The notes beneath the pieces are model-generated. The model made no database searches, was not told the origin of the DNA, and worked only from the letters and a program-made list of their open reading frames with translations. DNA of 64,000 nucleotides from Rotaria socialis (lineage: Eukaryota), in the NCBI GenBank assembly GCA_905331295.1, contig CAJNYD010000062.1, forward strand, positions 496,001 to 560,000, written 5' to 3'. The position numbers were made by a program, and so were the translations under genes. The stretch's first letter is position 1. Each line of letters opens with the position of its first letter. Shown here piece by piece: positions 14,401 to 27,100 of the stretch.

Positions 14401-17400
14401 AAGCAAAGCTCGACCTTCAACCACTTCTTACATAATCTAAAGAATCGAGTTATTTTAATCTCTAACTCTAAATATTCGATAAAAATACTGATCGTTCATA
14501 CCAATATATTATCTAATGAATTTTCTAGTATTAATTCTTTTGCCACATCGATACAATTCCAGTCCATTGCTAACTGTAGCAATTGTGTTCGTTGTGCAAT
14601 CTGATCTTTTCTATTAATATTATGACGTGCATTTGATTGACGCTTTCTATCTTGTGAGCTAGGTAATGGTTTAAGTTTTCGTAGATTTGATTCAATTGCA
14701 TCGTTTTGATCAGTTTCTTTTTTTTCGAAATATTTTTTACGTGCTATAAATAAATAAAATTATGAATCCATACAAAGAAATTAACTGAACAAAACATACA
14801 TTTACAAATACTTCGGAAAATTGTTTCCGAAAAATTATTCTCAGAATTTAAATTAAACACAGATATACCAGAGCGTACAGCAGGCTGAAGACAATACATA
14901 ACTTGACTGAGTGTTTTATCTATTATAATTGATGGTTCATCCTTTGAGTCAGTTGGTGTTGGAGGCTTTCGTTTTTTCTTATTCGAATCCTCATCATGAT
15001 TTATAATAGGATTAAGATCTGCTTGTAGTTGTGCTTCATATTTTTGAAACATTTCTCGAAGTCTTTCAAGTAAAATTTAAAAGAACATGTTAGATTTATA
15101 GGAACGAAATGATTTATATATTATTATTTACACATTTCTGGATTTATCAAGTCGAAGTCTAACATTCGTATAGCTATATGAAAATTTGATTAGTGTTTTG
15201 ATGACTTCTAAAGTAAAACTTTACCTTGTTCTTGAACCTGGTAGACCTTCTTGATTTGAAGTTGCAGAGCTCACTCGTTTCACTTTATCAATTTCATTTA
15301 TTTCATATGTTATGTCAGCATCTTTACTAGCATCATCAAATTCTTTTGTGTATAATAGCCAATGTTTGAAAAAATCAGCCACACGACCACTACCCTGTTT
15401 TTCATATACTAGTTTCATGAAGGAATCATTTTGCTGTTTGATTTACTTACATCGATAATAACCACAGGAATATTAGCTCGCAAATCATTGTACATATTTG
15501 TTATAGTATCTCGACCACCTTCGACCACAATTGTAATAACAGGAACTAAATTTCAAAGTTTTATATTAGAAAAATATTGACATTACTTTGATACAGTTCA
15601 GAGGTGGGCAAAATACTCGAAGTACGCGTACTCGTACTCGAGGGGTCTGGTACTCGTGCTTGGAAATTTTATTTTCCGAATTTGGGATGAAGCATCTTTT
15701 ATGGCACGAATATCTCTTTGTATTTTTCAACAAAGTTGGTTGAACAAAGAAGCACACCGATGATGTCTTCTCTTGCCGATCAGTGCAAATATGTTTGAAG
15801 ATTTGTACAACATATAGTCATGTAGTAATCGCCATACACCAGTCTATTTTCTTTTTTCGGTTCATATAAATATATTTAGTCGCTGCAGAGCATTAAGCCC
15901 AGGGGTACCGCGGCAGCGGGAGGATGGAGACATGAGCCCCTCTCCAGTATTCGAAAAATTGTCTTGCATTGTATTTCACAAAATGAAACTTATACTACAC
16001 CAAATACGATCTGCTAACCTACTTCCAATGTTGTCAGATGTTAAACTCGAAAATCCGGAATTTAAATCGAAAAATTGAGAAAAGAATCCGAAAAATCCAG
16101 TAAAAATGGAAAAAATCCTCAAAAGTTCAAAAAACTTTCAGAATCCGAAAGATTTGGCAACATTGGTTACTCCCCCTCCAAAATTTTTGGAAAGTAGGAT
16201 TTTATAAGTTACGCCCACCCCCCAGTATTCGCTTACTCGCGACACCCCTGATTAAGTGTATATTTTTTTACAAGCTAGCTTGAAAACTTTTAGTCTTACT
16301 GATACAATAATTAGTATTGGGACTCGTACTCGTACTCGAGAAAGTCCGTACTTGCCCAGTTCTGATACAGTTCGATGTCACGCATTTCTCTTCTTTTTTT
16401 CCTTGGTTTTTATAGTCAATCGATCCATTCGAGTTTCTCCCCATTACATATCTCCTGAGATTTATAATGGATTGGACTGAAAAATCAATATCAGATCATT
16501 GAAAAATATATGATTATGTGTACAAATAAATCCTTAATGGACTTTTAATAGTAATAATAAGTGAAAAGCTATTAGTAGAACCTCTGCGGTTTCTACCTAC
16601 TGTGAATGTATGCCATCGATACGTATAAATCATACAGCTTAACACTTTTGATTGTCCGAAATCAATACTAAAAGGTTTTTAATTACTAGATATATTTCTA
16701 AAATCGACTTTTCTACGATTTTTAGTAAAATTCCCTTTCAGATAAATCGTGATTAGAATATTTTATCATAGAATGAAATTAATATAGTTACCGGGAAAAT
16801 CATAGTCATGCTCTAATTTTCCGAGATGAGCACATAATCGTGTTCGATAATCTCCTATATCATAATATCGAAGTCTTCCATCATCTAACATAAGATAATG
16901 GCTATGGTTCATTTCAAGGTCGCGTTCACCACTTTCACGTTTTTTCAGTTTTTCGTCACCGTCATTATAGCAGTGTCTATCGTTCGCTCGCTTAAAAATC
17001 CAGAAAAAAAAGAGATAAATACGTAAATCTGAAAGCAAAAAAATCAACCTGTTTCCTTGTATGAGGAGGTTCTGTTAGTTTTTCAACATCTTTTACGCTT
17101 CCCCATTTACAAACTCCGATAGCTGTTATTTGTCGTTTTGGATTTGTTAATTTAACTTTGTGGATTGCTTGTCCAACAAGTTGGACAATACCAACATTAT
17201 AGCCATTGGTAATTAGCCACGCACCTTTTCAATAAATTCTAAATGATTGAACTCGATATTGAATTGAAGATTTACCTGATTTAAGAGCAACATTGATAAT
17301 ACCATTAATAAAATTTGTTTCAAGTCGATCACTCAATGTAAAATATTTTGCACCACCAATAATCGACATAATTAATCTGGGTTTGGGAATTTTCCAGACA

Positions 17401-17908
17401 TCAAGTAGAATTTTTTCTACTTTCCCTTCAGATGTATCCAAAGCTAATCGTGTAAACTAAAATTGTCCATTTTTTTTGTAAATAAAAACTAGATCTAGAC
17501 AACTTTCAAACTTACGAATCCACCATCTAGAATTTGGCCATGAACAGGATTTAATTTCTCGTAGGTATTACGTAACATATCCCAGTTTTTGGCACCCGAT
17601 TCTGTAACTCGATCAGTGTGATCTTCCACTCGTCGGTTACATACACAGATACATTCTTCTGCGTCACAGCTAATAAAAATAGAGACAAAAACAACAATGA
17701 TGCATGAATAAAATGGTTAATTCAATATGTTTACCTTTTCTTAACAGGCTTGAAACAAACACGATAACGAATATTTAATTCATTAAAAATATCTTCCGGA
17801 GTTGGATCTCTGGTTATCTAGAAGAAATCGAACTCCATTCGTATTTTTTCATAGATTTTTGTCTTTTATTTTTACCGGATTCAGTCCAATTTCCAATCTT
17901 CGAGTCAT
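8497..17908 (-). CDS. TRPM: TRPM-like cation channel, multi-exon
   Basis: SLOG/MHR motifs (WKIPKPRLIMSIIGGA, LEMNHSHYLMLDDG, IVVEGG), DLFLWSIL, S4-S5 LGPHIVAIGKM, pore YYLMYGE, ILLTNLLIAMF and TRP box, C-terminal coiled coil; no NUDT9H or kinase tail seen. Ends inferred from splice sites. Confidence 0.9.
12509..12799. mobile_element. CCCAGG-terminus MITE (CMC/EnSpm-like) in a TRPM intron
   Basis: ta|cccagg...cctggg|ta: inverted termini, 2-bp TSD TA, internal gaatccga/tcggattc repeats. Confidence 0.8.
15900..16250. mobile_element. nested hAT-like MITE
   Basis: caggggtaccgcg...cgcgacacccctg; flanks attaagcc / attaagtg (6/8 TSD match). Confidence 0.75.
16026..16165. mobile_element. innermost nested MITE
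   Basis: caatgttgtcaga...tttggcaacattg inverted termini; degenerate 8-bp flanks (5/8 match). Confidence 0.6.
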
Positions 17909-18249
17909 TGTCGAGTCAAAATTTCATTCAAATAAACTTTTTATACTATGTCAGCAATGTAAAAAGAACTATAACATATATGACATTGTTTGAATCATCA
18001 TAATTGTGAGTGATATAGTAACTATGTAATATTAAGCTATTTTATTTTGATAACGAATGCGAAGGAAAAAATCCTATAATAATAAACTGACATACTGACG
18101 ATAAAGAATTAGTTTTTTTCTTTTATGTTCTGTTTTATACGCATACACTTCTTTATCAAGAATTGATGTGATAGTGTAAAATAAAACCATCAGTTTAATT
18201 TACAATTGTGGAAAAGAAATTCGACAGAATATTGACTTGAATGAAACAT

Positions 18250-20806
18250 CATGGCCAATGACGGACGACCAAGGTAATATGGTTTAAATAGATCGATTAT
18301 AAATTAGTATCGTTGATTATTAAAACTAGTGTATCGAATGAAAAAAGAGAAGTTGATGTAAGTTGATAATAAAAAATAGTTTTACTGATAAAATGCGTTC
18401 TTTTCTTTTTTGTCCTTAAAAGTATGCAAAATTATGGCGAGACTTACAAATAGATTTTCACCTTGAAGGTTTGAAATTTCCAGACAACAAAATCTATGGG
18501 AGAATTAATATTATACCAGCATCATCTCGTAAGCTTATACAAAAATTTGTGGTAAGTCATGTTCAAAAGAGCTATTCCCCCCACAGAATAGAGGCCCCGT
18601 CTTGACTTTATAACTTTCCAATATAATAGAAGCCCACCCCGTAAAAAATACTAGACTCTATGAAATTATATTAGCTTGTTAATCGGATTTTAGTGTAACA
18701 AAATCAAAATTATAGTAGATTGAAATCTTTAGAAGCAAGCACAATCTGATGTTCAATCTACCATAATTTTGATTTTATTGCACAAAAGTCAGATTAGAAT
18801 CTAGTATAATCGCCCATTTTTCAGTTGGCACTTAATTCGAAACATGTTCGTATAGAGACATGAAGAAAAGAAAGCGCTTTATTGATAATAGTCAATTCTT
18901 TTGATTAAATGCTCACATACGTTAGTCTATTTCTTTCGTACATATTGTTTCGTTATACTATATTGTGCCTTTTTGTTAAGCAATAAAATGATGAAATGTA
19001 TAGAGTTTGTCTTTGTGAAATTGTTCTGAAACATTTTGTAGTAGCAACGTATGTTCTTAAAATCGCGACAAAATCGATGATTTTATTACGATTAATCGAA
19101 CTGCTAAATCGTAATAAAACTTCTGAAATTTGCGACTTTTCTTGATTTTTCCTGGAAAATTTGCGATTTATGTGCCATTTCGGTTAACATCGTGATTAAT
19201 CGCCACATGTGCACTGATTTCGAGGTCATTGGAACATACAGCAGTACAAATAACAGAAATCTTGAAAGTGATGAAATTCTATCTATTATTGCTTTTAAAT
19301 TTGCATAAATCTTACTCTACAAGGTGACAAAGTTGTACTGGATAGAAGCCCACCTTTAAACTTACAATTTTCCAAACAGATTAGAAGCCCAATGGGCTTC
19401 TATTCTGAGGTGGGGTAGGCAAAATCCTGCAAAAGCAATAAATTATGTTATTCATAGAAGAATAGTTTCAATCGAAAAAGACATATGAAGCAAAAATATT
19501 GAGAAACAATTGAGTAATTTCCCTCAGCATGAATAATAGTTAGAAAGCCTTGAGTCGATTTCGATCATATTACTTGTTTACTAGAGTGTCTCTGAGCCTT
19601 CCAGATGCAGTTCGTCTGATCATGTTCTCAAAACCTTCTCTTGCGTACCTCACTTGGCAATCCTGATGAAAATTGTTTTCTCCTATTCTAGTTAGTTGTG
19701 AATGATGAAATAAATCGAATTGACTTTGAACCTCACATTGAACATCTAGCAGCCTCAGGTTTCAATACAAAGAAAAAACACCCATGGGCTTATATTGAAG
19801 CGATACCAAACAATTCAAAATGGCCAGAACAAGTTAAAAAATCAAATACTTGTGTATGTTCTCTTGTATTCAAATAAATAAATATATATATATATATATA
19901 TCTTCGGGCTTTTTTTTACTAGAGCTTTCATTTTACTGGTGAAGTATTTGCATTAAATCCTACCATAGGTTTCAGTTTGTCAGATGATAAGCAAAATCTG
20001 AAACCAAATCTTACTATTAAGTGGTATCATATTGGAGATAAAGTTGCTCAACGATATGTTATCTGTTTGGATGATTTAGAAGTTCGACATGTATGCTGAT
20101 TTATAAGAAATAAGGTTAAATTTTGAAAAAAACTATTTAGATACGTCAAAAGGAAATCGAAGATGTATTCAATATCAGTATTAGTGGTTTCGAATGTGGC
20201 GATGAACATACTCTTCAGCTAGCAGCACGACTTAATAGTATATTGATATATTTTTTTGTTGTTTAACATATGATTCCATGTCTTCCATTGCTTAAAGATC
20301 GTAAAGAAACATATCGATCAGATCCTTTACACTTCATCGTACCTAATAAAGAACTCATTGGTAATGATGATGTTGAATTTATCACTGTATCCGACGACTT
20401 ACCTCCATCAAATTTGCCTGGTAATGATTACATATACATATGTATATTCATTGTTATTTCTTTTTGTTACATGTCCAACAATGTAATTTTAGTCATTGTT
20501 GGTATAAACGCCGATGAACCAGTACCAGATATCAATCATAAATACAAAGAAAACGACAACATCACAATTTTGTGTAAAAACCATAAAAAATTATTAGCAA
20601 AATTAACAGAGAACATCAATCGTAGGGACAACTGCACGTGCTGCAGTCAATTACCACATAAGATATTTCCTGGAGTAGAACATTATTTTGAAAATACGAA
20701 AAATAGAAATTCATTTAGTAAAGACAATAGAACCATATCTTCGAAAGAGAACACTAAAGAAGAAGAAGATGATGATGATGATGATGTTATTACACTGAAT
20801 AATTAA
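18250..20806 (+). CDS. multi-exon hypothetical protein with acidic C-terminus
   Basis: ATG 18250 (MANDGRP) and GT-AG-bounded open exons at ~18423-18550, 19584-19645, 19692-19853, 19923-20090, 20141-20237, leading to the 20270-20806 ORF; family not recognised. Confidence 0.55.
18573..19417. mobile_element. non-autonomous TIR DNA transposon in an intron, with an internal palindrome and a probable nested MITE (~19049-19239)
   Basis: tattccccccacagaatagaggccc / gggcttctattctgaggtggggta inverted termini; internal tagaagccc repeats; hairpin 18700-18776. Confidence 0.65.
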
Positions 20807-20994
20807 AAAATTTTTTTTGTAGAGACTGTTTTTTTTAAATGCATTAATAAATCAAAACAAAAAAAATTTGTCAAAGAAAGAAAATAATGGTCCATCCCCT
20901 GTTAATCTCCTGTAAGGTTAAAATTAATCTCTTTGCATATAGTGTTATTTTTGCTGCTCTACAAAATAGAACATAGGTCATATGAAAAACAATC

Positions 20995-21984
20995 ATGCAA
21001 CAACAAGAGTCTACTGTGGCGGCCACACCATCGTTACAAACAAATCGACTTTATTATTTTCGTCGATATGCAATACCTGTTATTAGCAGTTTGACTGGCT
21101 TCATGGCCATTGCTTGTATTGGGTCGTTGCTTATTATGTATTTTACTCGTCATAGAAATGCTGTTTCACCACTTTTACCTTATCCTAATATTGTCTGTTA
21201 TCAGCGTTCATGTGGGTGTCCTAATTCTGAGAATGGAATATCTTTTATTCCTAGAATAGTTGGTGGCCAACAAGCACCAGCTTATATTTATCCGTGGCTT
21301 GTGTCATTAACTGATCGTTATCGGGTAGATCCATTTTGTGCTGGATTTATTATATCTCCTAATGTTATTCTGACGGCTGCTCATTGTTTAAATAATCGAA
21401 ATCCTGATCGAATACAAATATTATCGAAAATTCATGATCTACGAGATTTCAAAGGTGATCGACATGATATTGATCAATGGATAATTCATTCGGAATATCG
21501 AAACAATGATAGTATGCATCTGAATGATATAGCTCTTGTTAAAGTACAACAAGATTTTGCAACAGATCTTCAACCTTGTTGTCTACCAAGAAAAAAATCT
21601 AATGTTTTCCCTCGACCAAAAACACAAGCAGTCATTAGCGGTTGGGGAGCAGTGTTAACGAAACCAACTAGTCGAAATTCTCCGGTTCTTCAACACGTTG
21701 TCGTACCTATTGTTGATCATAAAAACACGAGATGTTATCATTCCATCGCTGATAAATCTCGACAAATATGTGCTGGTTATGATACACTTGCTATTGATTC
21801 ATGTTCAGGTGATAGTGGAGCTCCATTACTCGTTGTTCAACACGATGGTGATGAACAATACTTTGTTGCTGCAGGTATTGTTAGTTATGGAAATAAACAA
21901 TGCGATGCATCGATTTCATCGGGTGTTTACACACGTATTAGTTTTTATGTCGATTGGATTGAAGCGACTCTCAATTATTTGTAA
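20995..21984 (+). CDS. type II membrane trypsin-like serine protease (S1A)
   Basis: N-terminal TM segment, PR|IVGG activation site, triad TAAHC / DIAL / GDSGAP, Asp at S1 position (IDSC); intronless. Confidence 0.93.
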   Translation: MQQQESTVAATPSLQTNRLYYFRRYAIPVISSLTGFMAIACIGSLLIMYFTRHRNAVSPLLPYPNIVCYQRSCGCPNSENGISFIPRIVGGQQAPAYIYPWLVSLTDRYRVDPFCAGFIISPNVILTAAHCLNNRNPDRIQILSKIHDLRDFKGDRHDIDQWIIHSEYRNNDSMHLNDIALVKVQQDFATDLQPCCLPRKKSNVFPRPKTQAVISGWGAVLTKPTSRNSPVLQHVVVPIVDHKNTRCYHSIADKSRQICAGYDTLAIDSCSGDSGAPLLVVQHDGDEQYFVAAGIVSYGNKQCDASISSGVYTRISFYVDWIEATLNYL

Positions 21985-22248
21985 ATGAAAGTATCTACAA
22001 AAAATAAAACCTTTTTGAAGTTAAACAATGAGAAAATATTTTCCGGTGAAAATATTCATCAAATCACTAACTGAAAAATGAAGTGACAATTTTAGCTGGA
22101 AAAATGTGAAATTCGCATGAGATGCCTAGTTCGACTTCGAATATAAATTGACACCTGAATAACTATTCACAATTAGAAAATAAATGAAAAAAATCGCGAC
22201 CATTTAAAAACCATTCCAAAGCAAAAGAACAAGATCATCTAACTGGCA

Positions 22249-22438
22249 CCCAGGTCAGACAGTGCGGCCTGGAAACGACCGGTTCCGGTAGTTTCGTTGA
22301 TTTTGTGGAACCAGTATTCCGGTTGGAAATTTTTCGCATTTTTCCGGTGATTTCCGATCAATTCCTGCCGGAAAGCACCGGAACTTGGCAGGAATTCGCC
22401 AGAAAAACCAACCGTATTTTTGGTCGGAATACTGAGGA
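22249..22438. mobile_element. truncated CCCAGG-family MITE ending in (TGTGGG)3
   Basis: Starts cccagg, ccgg/ggaa-rich interior, no matching cctggg end. Confidence 0.6.
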
Positions 22439-22803
22439 TGTGGGTGTGGGTGTGGGTGTGAGGAAAGTCGGACATACGCATCTACACACACACACACCCA
22501 AGTCAATTTATAAATTTTATAATTTATAAAAGCTAAATCTTCGTCTTACGGTGGCGTGAAAACATGAAAGTGGCTTTTTTTTGCATTTATATTCGAAATC
22601 GAATTAGGCAGCTACTCCATTGGATGCAGGAATTCTGGTTTGTTGAAGCCGTACTTGAGTCACATAGTTGCGATTTTGAACAATCGCATGCGGAGAAATA
22701 CGGTGAAATGTGATTAACGTAACGACTATTTATAATCCTCATGCACACAGTTTCTATGCCGTTGCTGTCCTGATTAATAGTTCTCCGACAACGGTCATAG
22801 TGA

Positions 22804-23369
22804 CCCAGATCGAACATCACGGTGACCTGATACGATCGTAAACGGCCGTATACGGTAACGTTTACTACCGTTTTATAACGTTTACTACCGTTTTATAACG
22901 TTTCCGACCGTAATTCGACGTTTTGGCATGTGCCGTATTACGGTCGTATTTCGCCGTGTCGTAAACGGTTACTAACGGCCGTAGTGTAGTCGGATATTTC
23001 AGTATCCGACCGTATACGATCGTTTATGGCACGATGCAAAACGACCGTAATACGGCGTATACCAAGCGGCCGTAAATTGTGGTCAAACAGCCGTGTACAA
23101 CACAAGTTGACCCAGGAGAATCAGGGTACGTCGGAATCGGTCGGAACCGATCAGTTCCGTTGAATTCCGACGATTTCCTAACTAACGGATTCCGGTCCAG
23201 ATTTCGTCGGGCCATTTCCGATCGATTCCCATCAGNACCCGGACGGGGATCGGTTAGTTAGTAAATCGTCGGAATTCAACGGAGCCGACCGAAAAGCAAC
23301 GGAATCCATAGGATCCGGTGCCGGAAACGATCGGACCCACTGGTCGGATTGAATCTCCTGGGGATCGAC
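22804..23369. mobile_element. CCCAG-family MITE, same family as 56148-56434 in opposite orientation
   Basis: Aligns along its length to the reverse complement of 56148-56434; interrupted at gttga|...|tcgac by another MITE. Confidence 0.85.
23111..23362. mobile_element. nested CCCAGG MITE
   Basis: ga|cccaggagaatc...gaatctcctggg|ga: TIRs and 2-bp TSD GA; contains N at 23236. Confidence 0.85.
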
Positions 23370-24106
23370 GATCATGGAGTAGATAAACAATTATGAATAT
23401 TTCATCTTGAATTTGATCATGTAGAACACTAGCAGATATATATATATATATATATATACCGTATATATCAACTAAAACATGTAACTTATATAATTTTTAC
23501 GAGTATATGCATACTGGGTATTCGTAGAGTTTAATACTAAAACAAACTAATCCTAATAAAATGTTTTAGGATATGGAAGTCATCTTTTTCACTTTGTTTT
23601 TTGAAAATCCTGTTCACTTTACTCGTATGTGAAATTTTTCTATGATGTAGATTTCACTAAGAAATTTTATAACAAATGGAAAAAAATTCAAAATAAGTTT
23701 TTTTGTTTTGTTTAATAATATGGCCACTTCCACATTTTATCATCATGTAAATCTCTTATGTCAAAATCCGAATATAAAATAATGTCAAGTTTGATCAGAA
23801 AAAAAAATAAAGCTTTGTTGAATTGCTACAAGTATTTGAGTCGTTCTTCTTTATGACAACCGAAATAATATAAATTTATTAGTTCTCTTTAAAAAAATAT
23901 TTTCTTTTTTGGTATTTTTTTTTTGATTTTTGTACAGAAAAATATATAAGCATTTTATCTATCAAATAGAATGAATAAAGCGAAGAAGATAATTGTAAGA
24001 AACATACACAAGAAAAAGTCTTTTGATAATTATAAGTAAACGGAAGAAAAGAAAATCTGACATGACATTGTCATTTCTATATTGTTCGTCGATATTTTAA
24101 TTATTG

Positions 24107-27100
24107 TCAACTACCATTATTTTCCATGGCATATTCTTTTACTTTAGCTTCATATTTTAAACGTAAAATTGTTTTCAATTCTTCCGTATTACCCGTTGGT
24201 TTTGATTGACCACAACTCATTATCCATGGATGAAGTAAAATATCATCAGCACGCATTCGTTTTTTAGGATCAACAACTAATAAATGATCAATTAAATTTT
24301 TTGCATCTGAAATCAAAAAAGAGTTCTCAAATTGAATTAATATGTGTGATGAACTTCATACTTGCTGAAACCGGTTCCCAATACTCAGATTCATAATTAA
24401 ATTTGCCAGCTTGAATCATTTGAAATAATACTTCTTGATTACGATCCGGTGATTTAAAAGGTGGGTAACCACATAGAAGTATATACAAAATAATGCCCAC
24501 TGCCCAGCAATCAACTTCCATACCATAACCTGCTTCTGCAAGAATTTCCGGTGCAACATAACTAAAGAGAACAATAAAATAAATGATTAATTATTTAGTA
24601 GGAAACAACTTGAATTACTTTGAAACGTGAGGGGGAAGATTTCAAATACAGACATAAATCACAATATTCTAATCCTTTGTTTCATACTGATTTCTATAGA
24701 GTTATTCAGGAGTATTAAGAGTATAGTCTAATGTTTGTAAAAAAAAATAAAGTTGTTTTTATGTTATTCAAATTTATAGATTCAGTAGTATCACGAACAA
24801 GACATTTACGCATGTTTATCGAAAATAACACAATGATAATTATTTGTTTTCTTTTTACTTCTGTTTTTGATTAGAAAAATATTATTCAATACCCACTATA
24901 TGTTATATCGCGCTAGAAAAATAAATCTATAGACCATTATTTGATGTTGAAAAATCCTAGTGAATAGCCCCTTGATTGTGTTAGCCGATGCACCATTAAG
25001 GTGTGACTGATACACAAAAGAAAGAAAAACAAGATGATTTGAAATACTTTTTCATGATATAGACGTGTGCGATAATTTTTTTCTCTTCTTCTACGTAACA
25101 TAATCGGATTTACGTGATATACAAGTCTACTGAATGATAGTTTTTTATGTACGTGAAACAAATCTTACGTAGGTGTTCCGCAAACAGTCTTTATTGGTGC
25201 TTTAGCATGCATAGCTAAACCAAAATCAGTTAATTTAATTGTAATTCGTCCATCTCGTTTTTGCATAACTAATAAATTTTCTGGCTTTAAATCTCTATGA
25301 ACAATACTTTTTGTATGTAAATATAAAAGTGCTTCCGAAACATCTTTAATCATTAGAGCAGATGCTGGCTCATCGAAACGTCGATGCTTTGTTATATAAT
25401 CAAATAAATCACCACCTTTAATTAATTCCATTACAAGATAAATTTCATCTGATGTTTCAAAATCTTCAAGTAAACGTATTATGTTCGGATGATTACATGA
25501 ATACATAATATTTATTTCATGATCAAGCATATATTCTTTACCCTATTAAAATAACAAAAGAATTTGTGTTCTTTGAATAATTTTGCTTTATTTTACCTTC
25601 ATTTTTGATTTATCAATTATTTTAACAGCAAATTCCTTTTCAGTTCCACGTAGTTTTGAACGACGTACAATAGCGAAATTTCCATCACCCATTTTCTTGC
25701 CTAAATCATACTTATCAGTAATAACAGCTGGTGTCAAATGCTTAAAAGAACGTTTTTCTTTAAATTTAAAATAAAAAAATCAATTAACAAAACTTACTAT
25801 AGTTGATGAGCGTTTTTTAGTTGCATTTTTCTTTTCTGTTGATGTGGATTCTTTTATTTCATGTGAATCATGCGGATTTACTACGCTCGGTCGTGGAAAT
25901 GGCATTATTGATATGGGTTTATTTACTAAATTTAGAAAAAGTATTTTTTCTTTTTTTGAGTATTTAAAAATAGAAAATGTTTTGTTTATATTAATACCTT
26001 CTGGCGGAGATTTCATTTTATTTGAACGAGATGTTTCGTCATCATATTTATCAAGTACTAATTGATCAAATTTGGGCATAAAAAAAATTGATGCTGGCTG
26101 TTGATGATCTTTTCTTATTGATAATCTTTTTCGGCGTTCTTCTTCTTCACGTAAACGCTGTCGTTCGCGTTCACGCTGTTGTTCAACCGTGGCAACAGAC
26201 GTTGGCTTGATTGATTCTATAGAGAAAAACAAATTTTGGCAATGCAAACTATTTTTCTTCTTTACTTTTCGATTTTCGACTCATGAGATCATTTGATGGA
26301 ACTGTTTCTTCCGACACGGTTTCATGTTGTTTATTATTATTATTATTATTTGTTTGTCGTAATGATAGTAGTTCATTATCTTTACTAGTTTGAACATCTT
26401 CATCGTCGACAAATCCACTATCACGTACGTTGACTGTTTTTTTTATATCAATAGAAACTAATCCTGCGATAGCTAATGGCGTGTTTGGTGTATCGAGATC
26501 AGCTGGTGATTGAGCAAGTTTTTTCGATTGATGTCGACGTGCTGTTGTATTTTGAGAATCATAGCCCATTTCAAGGCCTATCTCTTGTAGATCTTCAAAT
26601 GGAACGTCGTAGTTTGTTGTCGAAGCAACGAAAATATCATCTAGGTAAGAAGCAATAGCATGTTTTATTTTGAAGAAAAAACGACCGCAGATTCATACGA
26701 TACCTTCACGGAAAAACTCATGGATGCCACTAATTTGTCGTCCTTTTAAAGTAAATAAACGTTTGATCTATTAGAAAGTAAAATTTATTCTTCAAATTAA
26801 ATTAAATTAGAAATAGATTAAAATTTTACTTTTTCCGAACGACTTTTTTGATATCCAAATGCTTCCGAAATATCTGATAGCAACTGGTCAAATGTTTGAC
26901 CTGTACGTCTATTGAGTAGGATATTTATTATTTTATGTGGTTTTTCATGTCCTTGTTTAACAATTGTTATAGTACGTGGCTTGCTATTTAACTGTTCTAA
27001 GCCATATCTATTTTGTTTTAAATTAGTTTTCTTTTGTTGTTGAATAGAATTAGTTGCTGTAGCCGTGAGTGATTGCAAGAAAAAATTATTCGTATGAAAA

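Larger units (their letters stand above)
15599..16364. mobile_element. hAT-like MITE containing two nested MITEs
   Basis: 8-bp TSD atacagtt (15591-98, 16365-72); termini cagaggtgggcaa / ttgcccagttctg; gtactc subterminal repeats. Confidence 0.85.

Noticed and set aside
22239..23261. Short GC-rich ORFs on both strands (also 12607-12804, 32504-33026, 56076-56264)
   Set aside because: They lie largely within MITEs; open frames reflect base composition.
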